DNA of 64,000 nt, taken from NCBI GenBank assembly GCA_963714085.1, contig OY970229.1, positions 384,001 to 448,000 of the forward strand. The letters are read 5' to 3'. The notes beneath the pieces were generated by a model, which was not told the origin of the DNA, did no database searches, and saw nothing but the letters and a program-made list of their open reading frames with translations. Numbering within the stretch: the first letter of the stretch is position 1; each line of letters starts with the position of its first letter. Of the stretch, positions 46,604 to 55,531 are shown in pieces. The stretch comes from an uncultured Candidatus Micrarchaeota archaeon. Its GTDB lineage: Archaea > Micrarchaeota > Micrarchaeia > Anstonellales > Bilamarchaeaceae. The position numbers were made by a program, and so were the translations under genes.

Positions 46604-48787
46604 TCAGCACAGGCGGCCCTGCTTCACGTTCCGCGTCCTGAGCTCCTCGCTCTGCGTCGCGAGCGGCTTGCCCTCGCAGACCGCGGCGAAATCATTCACG
46701 TCCATTTTTATGCTCCTGAAATCCTTTATGTCGATCTCGGCTTTAGGCGCGCTTTTGGCGCCTTTTAGCGAGACCTTGTCCCCGACCTTGCTCTTCTCCA
46801 GGAAGAGGGCTTCCACCACGCCCTGCTCCATGGCCGACTTGCCCTCCTTTGGCGGGGCGGATTCGCGGCCTTCAGCGGCCAGGAGCATGCCCTGGGATTC
46901 CACGCCGCGGAGCTTGGCTGGTTTGAGGTTCTTTACTATCACGACTTTTTTGCCCACCAGCTCCTCGGGCAGATAATAGCCGACGAGCCCGGAGACTATC
47001 TGGCGCTCGCCATCTCCGAGCCTTACTTTCTCTATGAAAAGCTTCTCGGCTTCCGGATGCTTCACTACGCTGACTATCTCCCCGACCTCCAGGTCCAGGT
47101 CAGCGAACGAGGCTGTTACAGGCGCCTTGCCAGTGAACCTCTGCTTCAGCTCTTGGATCTGCTTGTCCTCCAGCTTCCTGAAGAGTATCTCCGGCTTGCC
47201 GATGTGATGGCCGGATTCCAATGTCGGCTTGCCGAGGTCTTCCCATTTCCTGGGTTCTATGGCCAATTGCCTGAAGATGCTCGCGCTCGTCACCGGCAGG
47301 TAGGGCCCGCAGAGTATCGCCAGGTCCTTCACCTGGTGCAGGAGCACGTTCATCACCGTTGCGGCTCTGGTTTTGTCGGTTTTCACCAGCTCCCAGGGCT
47401 TGCTGTCCTGGAAGTATTTGTTCGAGTTCTTCGCGAAATGCATGACCTGGTGCAGCGCGTCCTTGAGCTTCACGGATTCCAGCAGCGCCGTGGCTTCTGC
47501 GATGACCTTCTTCTGCTCGTTGAGGAACTCCTCGTCTTTTTCATCCGGCTTGGCGCCCGGGACCGCACCCTCGAAATTGTTTTGCACGAAGACCAGCGTC
47601 CGGTTCACCAGATTCCCGAGGTTCGCGAGAAGTTCCGCGTTGTTCTTGTCGCGGAAGTCCTCCCAAGTGAAATCGGAATCAGAGCCCTCCGGCCTGTTGG
47701 TGAGCAGGTAATACCTCCAAACGTCCGATGGGACTCCGGAGGACATGGCATCGTCGCCGAACACCCCGACATGCCTTGATTTGGAGAATTTTCCTCCCTC
47801 GTAGTTGAGGAACTCCGTGGTGCTAAGGTGGTGGACCAGCGTCCATGGCTTGCCGGTGCCCAGAAGCGTGGAAGGGAAGATGACCGCGTGGAAGGGCACG
47901 TTGTCCTTGCCTATGAAATTGTAGAGCTTCACGTTTGCAGGGTCCATCCACCAGTCCTTCCACTTCTCCGTGAGGTTCGCGGTTATGGACACATACCCTA
48001 TCGGGGCCTCAAACCAAACATAAAATACCTTTTTCTCCCACCCTTTAAGCGGAACAGGAACTCCCCATTTAAGGTCCCTGGTTATCGCCCGCCTCTTTAG
48101 CCCCTCGTGGAGCCACGCCTCGGCGATGCGCTTCGTGTTCTCGCTCCACTCGCCCTTCTTGTATGATTCGCGAAGCCACTCTGAAAGCTTTCCTTCTATT
48201 TTCGGCAAATCTATGAACAGGTGCTTCGTCTTCCTGACTACCGGCCGCGTCTTGCTGACCTTGCTCACCGGATTGATGAGTTCGACCGGGCGGAGGAGCT
48301 TGCCGCACTTGTCGCACTGATCCCCGCGCGCGCCCGCATACGAGCAGAACGGGCAGGTGCCTTCTATGTAACGGTCAGCGAGGAACATGCCCGCCTTCTC
48401 GTCGTAGAGCTGCTCCGTCTCTTCCTCCACGATGTACCCGTTTTGGTATAAATCTTGGAATATCGCCTGCGTTATCTCGGTGTGCTTGGGTGTGGAGGTC
48501 CTGCCGAATGTGTCGAAGGCGATGCCGAACCACTCGTATATGCCCTTGTGGATTGCATAATATTTGTCGCATATCTCTTTCGGGCTCACGCCCTCCTCCA
48601 GCGCCTTTATCTCGGTCGCGGTGCCATATTCGTCCGTGCCTCCGATGTGCATGCACTGGTAGCCCTGGGACCTGCAATAGCGCGTGAAGACGTCCGCCGA
48701 GAGCACGCATCCGATTATGTTCCCAAGATGCGGGATGTTGTTCACATAGGGAAGCGCTGAGGTTATGAGTATCTTCTTGCCTACCAT
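46604..48787 (-). CDS. metG: Methionine--tRNA ligase with C-terminal tRNA-binding domain
   Basis: ALPYVNNIPHLGN, GTDEYGT, Zn knuckle, KFSKS, NLKPAKLRGVESQGMLLA. Confidence 0.97.
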   Translation of the reverse strand: MVGKKILITSALPYVNNIPHLGNIIGCVLSADVFTRYCRSQGYQCMHIGGTDEYGTATEIKALEEGVSPKEICDKYYAIHKGIYEWFGIAFDTFGRTSTPKHTEITQAIFQDLYQNGYIVEEETEQLYDEKAGMFLADRYIEGTCPFCSYAGARGDQCDKCGKLLRPVELINPVSKVSKTRPVVRKTKHLFIDLPKIEGKLSEWLRESYKKGEWSENTKRIAEAWLHEGLKRRAITRDLKWGVPVPLKGWEKKVFYVWFEAPIGYVSITANLTEKWKDWWMDPANVKLYNFIGKDNVPFHAVIFPSTLLGTGKPWTLVHHLSTTEFLNYEGGKFSKSRHVGVFGDDAMSSGVPSDVWRYYLLTNRPEGSDSDFTWEDFRDKNNAELLANLGNLVNRTLVFVQNNFEGAVPGAKPDEKDEEFLNEQKKVIAEATALLESVKLKDALHQVMHFAKNSNKYFQDSKPWELVKTDKTRAATVMNVLLHQVKDLAILCGPYLPVTSASIFRQLAIEPRKWEDLGKPTLESGHHIGKPEILFRKLEDKQIQELKQRFTGKAPVTASFADLDLEVGEIVSVVKHPEAEKLFIEKVRLGDGERQIVSGLVGYYLPEELVGKKVVIVKNLKPAKLRGVESQGMLLAAEGRESAPPKEGKSAMEQGVVEALFLEKSKVGDKVSLKGAKSAPKAEIDIKDFRSIKMDVNDFAAVCEGKPLATQSEELRTRNVKQGRLC

Positions 48788-48866
48788 GATGAGTTCACCG
48801 AAAATTATTAAGCTCGGGAAAAGTTAAAAAGAGAAGTACTCGGACGAGAAAAAAATAAAGCGCGGC

Positions 48867-49130
48867 TCAGTTCCGCAAGCCTTCCCGCCCGCCGCTTTTC
48901 GCCGCTGTGGCGAATTGCAGGTATACGTCGCGTTCCTTTCTTCTCCCAGGGCCCAGCTCCTCTACGGTCCATGGCCGGTTCAACTTTGCTATCGCGACAT
49001 GGCGGGGGTTCAGGATTTCTTTGGGGGTTTCTTTGGTTCTGCGCCGGCGCTTCGTTTTTGGCTCGGGCGGTCGTCTTTCCGGATGCGCGCTGTTCAGTCT
49101 GTGCAGTGTCCTGAGGTCCCATACCATCAT
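48867..49130 (-). CDS. Small basic hypothetical protein
   Basis: ORF preceded by GGTGA and TTTAAA; exact start among tandem ATGs uncertain. Confidence 0.5.
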   Translation of the reverse strand: MMVWDLRTLHRLNSAHPERRPPEPKTKRRRRTKETPKEILNPRHVAIAKLNRPWTVEELGPGRRKERDVYLQFATAAKSGGREGLRN

Positions 49131-49184
49131 CATCACCTGATAATGCTTTAAAATATTCCCATATTTATATTATCCTGAAAAGAA

Positions 49185-49200
49185 TATTCCTTTAGGAATA
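49185..49200. promoter_or_regulatory. Palindromic operator candidate TATTCCT-TT-AGGAATA
   Basis: Perfect 7-2-7 inverted repeat between the TATA-like TTTATAT (about 49164) and the GGTGA RBS (49201) of the HTH-CBS gene. Confidence 0.65.
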
Positions 49201-49209
49201 GGTGATACT

Positions 49210-49779
49210 TTGGAAAACATAAACGCAGACCTGGCGCGCATCGGGAAACTGAGGAGGCAGCTCGGCCTCACGCAGAAGCAGCTGGCCACGCTGGCAGGAG
49301 TGAGCCAGTCATTGATAGCGAAGATAGAGTCGTCCAAGATAGACCCTGCTTATTCCAAGGTCGTGCAGATAACGTCCGTCCTGGAGCAGGAGCGTGGCCG
49401 TAAGGAGACCAGGAAGAGGGCGTCCGACATAATGACCGCCGGCCTGGCATCCGTGTCGCCGAAGGATGATCTGGGCAAGGCCATGGGCCTGATGAAGAGG
49501 ATGAACATATCCCAGCTGCCGGTCTTCGAAGGCCAGGCCTGCGTCGGAAGCCTCTCTGACGGCATGATCATGGAGTGGATGGAGAGGTACGGGGATAAAC
49601 TCGCGCACGTGAAGGCTGTCGATGCCATGGGCGAGGCGTTCCCTTCCATACCTGCGGATTCCGAGCTCGAGGTCGTGACAGGCCTGCTCAAGTTCTACAA
49701 GGCCGTGCTCGTCAAAAAGAAAGGCAGAGTCGCAGGGATAATCACCAAGGCCGACCTCATGAAGGCGATCGAGAGATGA
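49210..49779 (+). CDS. XRE-type HTH plus CBS-pair transcriptional regulator
   Basis: LRRQLGLTQKQLATLAGVSQSLIAKIESSKIDP; ISQLPV; GIITKADL; TTG start. Confidence 0.92.
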   Translation: MENINADLARIGKLRRQLGLTQKQLATLAGVSQSLIAKIESSKIDPAYSKVVQITSVLEQERGRKETRKRASDIMTAGLASVSPKDDLGKAMGLMKRMNISQLPVFEGQACVGSLSDGMIMEWMERYGDKLAHVKAVDAMGEAFPSIPADSELEVVTGLLKFYKAVLVKKKGRVAGIITKADLMKAIER

Positions 49780-50978
49780 GCGAGAATCTCGCGTTCCGCT
49801 CCAAGACTCCGGGCATCGGAGGAACCATCAAGTCCTGCCCAGAGGATTTCATAGTGGAGGAAATAGAGCAGGACGGTACGGTGTTCGGCATCGATAAAAG
49901 GATAGAACGGACAGATGAGAACGGGAGGTTCGTGCACTTCGTACTGCAGAAAAGGAACTGGACCACCATGATGGCTGCCAAGGAGGCCGCGAGAAGGCTG
50001 CATTCGAGCCCGAAGAGGATCAGCTTCGCGGGCTCCAAGGACAAGTGCGCGATAACGACCCAGCTCATGTCGGCCGAGGGAGTAGACAAAACAGCGGTCT
50101 TGAATCTCGATATCAGAGATATAAGCATAAACGGCGCCTGGAGCGCCAAGGACAGGGTCAAGCTCGGAGGTCTTACGGGGAACCGCTTCACGATAAAGGT
50201 GAACGGCGCGCAAGTGGATGCCGGGGAGAAGGTGACGAGGATACGCTCCGAACTGGAAACCGGGTTCCCGAATTATTTCGGCGAGCAGAGGTTCGGGACC
50301 ACGGCGAACAACACGCACATCATCGGAGAAGCGCTGGTGCGCGGGAACCTTGAGGACGGGGCCATGGCATTCCTCTGCGGAAAGGGCATGGAGACCAACG
50401 CTGAAGCGAGGCTGGCCAGGGAGGAGCTGCTTGCGAGCAATGATTTCGACTCCGCGCTCAAGACGTTCCCCAAGCACCTGCGGCTCGAGCGCGCGATGCT
50501 CGCGCATCTTGCGGAGAGGCCGGACGACTTCATCGGGGCGTTCCGGGCCCTTCCAAGGCAGACGCTGCTGCTGTTCGTGCACGCGTTCCAGTCGCACATC
50601 TTCAACCGCCTGCTCTCCGACCGCATACGCGAGAACGGGGTGGAGATGGAGGAGGGCGAGTATCTCTGCAATGCGGATGCCCTCGGTTTCCCGGACATTG
50701 AAAAGATGGACGTGGACGGCTGGCTCTGCGTGAAGATAATCGGCTACAATTCGAACCTCAACGAAAGGGAGAAGGAGCTGCTCGATTCGCTCAGGATGTC
50801 CAAAGAGGATTTCAGAGTGAAAAGCATTCCGGAGATAGGCTCGAAGGGAACGTTCAGGACCGCGTTCGCACCGCTCCGGGATTTCTCCTTCGATGCGGAC
50901 ACGTTCCGCTTCTCGCTGCAGTCCGGCTCGTACGCCACATCAGCTTTAAGAGAATTCATTACGGTTGATAAGACATGA
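49776..50978 (+). CDS. truD: tRNA pseudouridine(13) synthase TruD
   Basis: PEDFIVEE, FAGSKDKCAITTQ, GNRFTI, PNYFGEQRFG, GSYATSALRE. Confidence 0.96.
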   Translation: MSENLAFRSKTPGIGGTIKSCPEDFIVEEIEQDGTVFGIDKRIERTDENGRFVHFVLQKRNWTTMMAAKEAARRLHSSPKRISFAGSKDKCAITTQLMSAEGVDKTAVLNLDIRDISINGAWSAKDRVKLGGLTGNRFTIKVNGAQVDAGEKVTRIRSELETGFPNYFGEQRFGTTANNTHIIGEALVRGNLEDGAMAFLCGKGMETNAEARLAREELLASNDFDSALKTFPKHLRLERAMLAHLAERPDDFIGAFRALPRQTLLLFVHAFQSHIFNRLLSDRIRENGVEMEEGEYLCNADALGFPDIEKMDVDGWLCVKIIGYNSNLNEREKELLDSLRMSKEDFRVKSIPEIGSKGTFRTAFAPLRDFSFDADTFRFSLQSGSYATSALREFITVDKT

Positions 50979-52066
50979 TGGAAGAGGAAGGAATATCGTT
51001 CAATGCGCCCGAGGGCGTTTTCTACAACCCCAGGATGAGGTTCTGCCGCTCGTTCGCGTCGCTCGCGGTCGGGGCGCTTCCCGAGAAGGAGCTCGTGGCC
51101 TGCGACGCGTTCTGCGCGTCCGGGATAAGGGGGATACGCTACGCGAAGGAGAACAAGAACATATCCAGGACGATATTCGTGGACATAGGAAAAAGGGAGT
51201 TCCTGGCCGCGAAGGCAAACGCGAAGAAAGCGAAAATAAAATACGAGGCGCTGCATGGGAACGTCTCGCGGCTGGTCTTCGACATCTGCGCGGACTTCCT
51301 GGAGATAGACCCGTTCGGCTCCCCGGCTCCTTATCTATACGACTCTTTCCGCGCCTTCAACCCGCTCAAGCGCGCGTACCTCTCGGTCACGGCGACGGAC
51401 GTCGCGGTCCTCTGCGGCGGGAAGACGAAAGCGTGCCTGAAGAATTACCACAGCGTCCCGCTCAACAACGAGTTCACGCACGAGACCGGCATGCGCATCA
51501 TGATAAAGAAGATCGCGGAGACCGCCGCGGAGTTCAACATGGGCATCGAGCCGCTGGTCTCGCTTTCGAAGGAACACTACCTCAAGACGATAGTCAAGGT
51601 GACGCGCGGGGCCGACCTTGCGCACGAATCGCTCATGAAGCTCGGCTACATCAATTTCTGCCCGGCCTGCGGATGGAGGGGGAGCTCGCAGTTCCCGGAG
51701 AAACGCTGCCCGTCCTGCGCCCCAAAAAGCCTCGCGTTGCGGTTCGCCGGGCCGCTCTGGCTCGGGGAGCTCCATGAGAAGAAGACGCTCTCGCGCATGG
51801 GAGTGCTGAACCGGAAAAGAGGGTACTCGGACAGGGACGAGCTGGAGAAGACGATCTCGAGGATGATCGGTGAGGTCGGCATGCCCCCGTTCTATTACGA
51901 CGTGCACCAGATGTGCAGGCTGCTCGGGAGGGGGAGCGTGCCGAAGATGGACGCCGTGCTCGAAGGGCTGCACAAGAAGGGGAACAGGGCGGTGAGGACG
52001 CATTTCTCCGAGACCGCGATAAAGACCGACGCTGCGCTCAAGGCCGTGAAATCGGTGATCTCATGA
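50975..52066 (+). CDS. trm1: tRNA (guanine-N2,N2)-dimethyltransferase Trm1
   Basis: VFYNPRM, ASGIRGIRY, IDPFGSP, VTATD, CPAC/CPSC, GPLWLG, RTHF. Confidence 0.93.
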   Translation: MMEEEGISFNAPEGVFYNPRMRFCRSFASLAVGALPEKELVACDAFCASGIRGIRYAKENKNISRTIFVDIGKREFLAAKANAKKAKIKYEALHGNVSRLVFDICADFLEIDPFGSPAPYLYDSFRAFNPLKRAYLSVTATDVAVLCGGKTKACLKNYHSVPLNNEFTHETGMRIMIKKIAETAAEFNMGIEPLVSLSKEHYLKTIVKVTRGADLAHESLMKLGYINFCPACGWRGSSQFPEKRCPSCAPKSLALRFAGPLWLGELHEKKTLSRMGVLNRKRGYSDRDELEKTISRMIGEVGMPPFYYDVHQMCRLLGRGSVPKMDAVLEGLHKKGNRAVRTHFSETAIKTDAALKAVKSVIS

Positions 52067-52956
52067 AGACGCTCAAGTTGCTCGCCACGCAGATCGGCGG
52101 CGAGATCGGAGGGGACGTGAAGGAGGCGTTCGCGGACATATCCTATTTCGTCCGCAGGGGGCACAGTGTGTGCGGCGATTCGGCGTTCGTGCACGTGGAC
52201 GACTCGAAGGTGGTCGCGGCGGTGCTGGACGGCGTGAGCGGCGAGGAGGGCGCGGACCACGCGTCTTCGGTGGCCGCTGTGGCGATCGTGAACTATCTCA
52301 GGGGCATTGCGGCGCCGGACAAGGACGATATACAGGACGCGTTCGTGAAAGCGCACATCAACCTCTCCTTCGGGCTCACCACCGTGGTGCTTGCCGTGAT
52401 AATGAAGGATGGGAGGTTCCTGTGCGGCTCGGTGGGCGACTCGATGGCCTATTCGCTCGACACGAAGGGGACCGTGAGGCTGGAGCTGCCGGGGGCCAGG
52501 GTGGTCGGGCCGGGCACGCCGATCCTGCGCTTCCTGATGTACAGGAACGTGGTGCCTGCGGCGCTCGGCATGCAGGGCGGCATGGAGATACTCTTCAAGC
52601 AGGGGGAGCTGAGGCAGGGGGATTCCATCCTGCTAATGAGCGACGGCGTGACGGACAACCTCACCATCTACGTGGAGGATGGCGTGGTGAAGGACTGCGG
52701 CGGCGCCAAGGACCTCGCCCTGATGGTGGAGGGTGCGAAGGACACGAGGTCCGTCGTGAGGCGCATACGGGACGAGGTGGTGAAGAGGATGGAGGAGAGG
52801 TACGACATCCGGGACCCGGACCGTGTGCTGGTCGCCAAAAAGGACGACGTGGCGCTGATAGGCATCAGGTACACCGGAACCGGCATCGTCGGAGCGGGGG
52901 TTGGACGCCCGTCTAAGATTAGACGCGCGTCAAAGAAAAAAAGGAAAGGTTTATAA
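52063..52956 (+). CDS. PP2C/SpoIIE-family Ser/Thr protein phosphatase
   Basis: CGDS, AVLDGVSG, SVGDS, LMSDGVTDNL, DDVALI. ATG 52063 overlaps the trm1 stop. Confidence 0.85.
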   Translation: MKTLKLLATQIGGEIGGDVKEAFADISYFVRRGHSVCGDSAFVHVDDSKVVAAVLDGVSGEEGADHASSVAAVAIVNYLRGIAAPDKDDIQDAFVKAHINLSFGLTTVVLAVIMKDGRFLCGSVGDSMAYSLDTKGTVRLELPGARVVGPGTPILRFLMYRNVVPAALGMQGGMEILFKQGELRQGDSILLMSDGVTDNLTIYVEDGVVKDCGGAKDLALMVEGAKDTRSVVRRIRDEVVKRMEERYDIRDPDRVLVAKKDDVALIGIRYTGTGIVGAGVGRPSKIRRASKKKRKGL

Positions 52957-52957
52957 A
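52944..52957 (+). promoter_or_regulatory. BRE-TATA promoter (GAAAGG-TTTATAAA)
   Basis: Consensus-like archaeal promoter 29 nt before a GC-rich stem; no credible ORF follows. Confidence 0.65.
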
Positions 52958-52978
52958 CGAAAAAATCGCAACTTCTAT

Positions 52979-53345
52979 GTCGGTGCGGGCTGAATGGCCC
53001 TACGGGGCTTAAGAAAACCGCGCCGGCCGTATGACCGTTTTTCGCGGTCACATGAAAAAACTGATGCCGGGCCGGTGGATAACCGGGCGATGCTGGCTTA
53101 GACCCTTTTATCGGGAAAACGCCAAATCGTCTGCTGGAATGGAATTATCCGTCCAAAACCGCTCCGGCTACAGGGAAAAACAAGGCCGAACCGGTGGATA
53201 GTGGGCGAGGCTGGCTTAGACCCTTTTATCGGGAAAACGCCAAGCGTCTGCTGGAATGGAATTATCCGTCCAAAACCGGTTCGGGGATGATTCGAATTCT
53301 GATGGTTTGCATAGGCTTACTGAATGGCTTATCCTGCGATTTTTC
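52979..53345 (+). ncRNA. Putative structured non-coding RNA of unknown family
   Basis: Multiple stems, a C(UACG)G tetraloop, two homologous hairpin domains of about 90 nt, and a terminal T-run. Confidence 0.6.
53072..53279. repeat. Two intergenic direct repeats of about 90 bp (53072-53161, 53191-53279)
   Basis: Shared core GCTGGCTTAGACCCTTTTATCGGGAAAACGCCAA...CGTCTGCTGGAATGGAATTATCCGTCCAAAACCG. Confidence 0.95.
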
Positions 53346-53452
53346 CGGAGTAGCGACACACTAAAACACCGAATGCCATGGAAAATGCGCTGGAAACAAG
53401 CGGGAAGCAGCCGTATCTACGGTATTTAAACATTTCCGATGAAAGCACTCTT

Positions 53453-53884
53453 ATGGGTTCAGAATTGAAAGTAGGAGACATCATGACCAAAAAGGTCGTC
53501 GTCGTCCCTACGGGCTCCGGCCTCCTGGACACCGCCAAGCTGATGAGGAAGAACGAGATAGGTTCCATAATCGTCGTCGAGGGCGCTGAAGGGAAGCGGG
53601 CCAAGGGCATCATCACCGAGAGGGATATCGTTCACAAGGTCATAGCGAAGAACCTCGACCCCTACAGGTCGAAGGTCGATGAGGTTATGTCCAAGCCCCT
53701 CAGGGTGGTCAAGCCGGAGACGACGATCGAAGAAGCCGCGAAAGCGATGAGGGAGAACCGGATAAAGCGGCTCCCCGTCGTGAATGACGATAATGAGTTG
53801 ATAGGCATCATAAGCGAGGGGGACATCATGAAGATATTCCCCATAGTGGTCGACCTCATAGAGGAAAGGGCCACGCTGGGTTGA
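53453..53884 (+). CDS. Stand-alone CBS-pair domain protein
   Basis: KVGDIMT, IGSIIVV, GIITERD, IKRLPVV, GIISEGD. TATA-like TATTTAAA upstream of ATG 53453. Confidence 0.92.
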   Translation: MGSELKVGDIMTKKVVVVPTGSGLLDTAKLMRKNEIGSIIVVEGAEGKRAKGIITERDIVHKVIAKNLDPYRSKVDEVMSKPLRVVKPETTIEEAAKAMRENRIKRLPVVNDDNELIGIISEGDIMKIFPIVVDLIEERATLG

Positions 53885-53904
53885 AAGACCCCTCTTATGT
53901 CGTT

Positions 53905-54085
53905 CATGCGCTGTGCATGGATGGCCGCCCGAGCTATAAGCTTTGAAGGAACCGTCCATCCCGCGAGGGATGGTGGGCCGGTGCGCAAAACGCCCCGGAT
54001 GGTCAACAGTGCACAGTGCCGTGGTCAGGCCGTGGTTCCCCTCTAATTCTGTACCCGCAAGTGATAAACGTGGCTACACGGACAT
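53905..54085 (+). ncRNA. Structured intergenic element, possible dnaG leader RNA
   Basis: Nested stems 53908-53917/54010-54019 and 53922-53931/53996-54005; CCATCCC-GCGA-GGGATGG GNRA hairpin. Confidence 0.5.
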
Positions 54086-54099
54086 GAAAGGTGAAAATT

Positions 54100-55470
54100 A
54101 TGGCAAAGACGTACATAGATACAGTGAAATATCTCGTATACACCAACGTCGACATCGGCGGCCTGGTGGAGAAGCCCGACGTGGTCGGCGCGATATTCGG
54201 CCAGACCGAGGGCCTGCTGGGCGACGAGCTCGACCTCAGGGACCTGCAGAAGAACGGCAGGATCGGCAGGATAGAGGTCGACCTCAACGGCAGGGAGGGC
54301 AGGACCGTGGGAACGATAAAGATACCCAGCTCCCTGGACATGGTGGAGACCTGCATAATCGCGGCGGCGCTCGAGACAGTCGACAGAATAGGGCCGTGCG
54401 AGGCCAGGCTCAAGGTAATGAAGGTGGAGGACACGCGGAACCTCAAGAGGAAGGCCCTCGTGGACCGCGCAAAGAGCCTGCTCAAGAACCTGCTCGTGGA
54501 CGAGATACCAGAGAGCAAGGAGATATCCGACATGGTCCGCGACGAGGTCAAGATGGCCGAGATCGTGGAGTACGGACCGGAGCGCCTCTCAGCAGGGCCG
54601 GGCGTGGCCAGGAGCGACGAGCTCATCCTGGTAGAAGGCAGGGCGGACGTGGTGAACATGCTCAAGAACGACATCACCAACGTGATCGCCATAGGAGGCG
54701 CCAAGGTGCCCCGCAGCATCCCGGAGCTCTCCAGGAAGAAGGAGGTCACCGCGTTCCTGGACGGCGACCGCGGAGGGGACATCATCCTCAACGAGCTCGT
54801 GCAGGGAGGCGTGGAGGTCGAATTCGTCGCACGCGCGCCCCAGGGCAAGGAGGTCGAGGAGCTGACACGGAAGGAGCTCATAAAGTGCATCCGCTCCAAG
54901 GTGCCCTTCGAGGACAGCGCGTCGCAGAAGCCGAAGAAATACGAGGAGAGGCCGGATTTCAGGAAGAAGTTCCAGCAGCCTAGGAGACCGGAGTTCCAGG
55001 CCAGGGACGAACAGGCCGTGCCCGACGAGCCGGACAGGCCCTCCGAACCGATAGAGTTCGAGAGGCTGGACAGCCCGACGGTCGTGGACAAGCCGATAAT
55101 CCTTGAACCGGCTCCAGTGCCGGGTCCGATGCCCCTGCCAAGGCAGGCGCCGAGGATGATCGAGCCGGCTCCGAGGCCAGGGCTCGACATGCAGTTCCTG
55201 ATGAGGGAGCTCGACGGCCTGAACAACACGCTGAGCGCGAAGTTCTACGGCGCGGGGAGCGAGAAGATGGCGGAGATGAAGGTCAGGGACGTGATAAAAT
55301 CGCTGGAGGACAGCAGGGACGTCCAGGCCATAGTCTTCGACGGCATCATAACCCAGCGCCTCGTGGACCTGGCCGCCAACAAGGGCGTGAAGGTGCTTGT
55401 CGGCGTGAAGATCGGCAACGTGAACAAGAGGCCGGCTGGCATCGAGATCGCGACCAAGAGCGGCGGATGA
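54100..55470 (+). CDS. dnaG: Archaeal DnaG (TOPRIM domain, exosome-associated)
   Basis: VEKPDVVGAIFGQTEGLLG, LVEGRADV, FLDGDRGG, FDGIITQRL. Confidence 0.96.
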   Translation: MAKTYIDTVKYLVYTNVDIGGLVEKPDVVGAIFGQTEGLLGDELDLRDLQKNGRIGRIEVDLNGREGRTVGTIKIPSSLDMVETCIIAAALETVDRIGPCEARLKVMKVEDTRNLKRKALVDRAKSLLKNLLVDEIPESKEISDMVRDEVKMAEIVEYGPERLSAGPGVARSDELILVEGRADVVNMLKNDITNVIAIGGAKVPRSIPELSRKKEVTAFLDGDRGGDIILNELVQGGVEVEFVARAPQGKEVEELTRKELIKCIRSKVPFEDSASQKPKKYEERPDFRKKFQQPRRPEFQARDEQAVPDEPDRPSEPIEFERLDSPTVVDKPIILEPAPVPGPMPLPRQAPRMIEPAPRPGLDMQFLMRELDGLNNTLSAKFYGAGSEKMAEMKVRDVIKSLEDSRDVQAIVFDGIITQRLVDLAANKGVKVLVGVKIGNVNKRPAGIEIATKSGG

Positions 55471-55501
55471 TTTTTCTTTTTTCTTATCTTTATTTTCCTT
55501 T
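55471..55501 (+). terminator. T-rich archaeal terminator
   Basis: TTTTTCTTTTTTCTTATCTTTATTTTCCTTT directly after the dnaG stop. Confidence 0.65.
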
Positions 55502-55531
55502 ATTGTAGGCAATTCCTGCCAGTACCCGCAG

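Noticed and set aside
51913..52062. N-terminal extension of the PP2C ORF
   Set aside because: It overlaps trm1 out of frame; ATG 52063 with GGTGA RBS and ATGA coupling is the better start.
53052..53201. 49-codon ORF across the first intergenic repeat
   Set aside because: No RBS, and the second repeat copy carries indels and an in-frame stop relative to it, so conservation is not protein-like.
53072..53279. CRISPR array or ORB-type replication origin
   Set aside because: Only two units of about 90 bp, no spacer pattern and no cas genes. Resemblance to ORB boxes is partial, with no cdc6/orc1 or AT-rich unwinding element adjacent. An origin role is not fully excluded.
52979..54090. Identification of either structured element as RNase P RNA, SRP RNA or an H/ACA guide
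   Set aside because: There are only superficial similarities. I could not locate the P4 consensus strands, the SRP helix-8 motif or a clear K-turn; a covariance-model search is needed.
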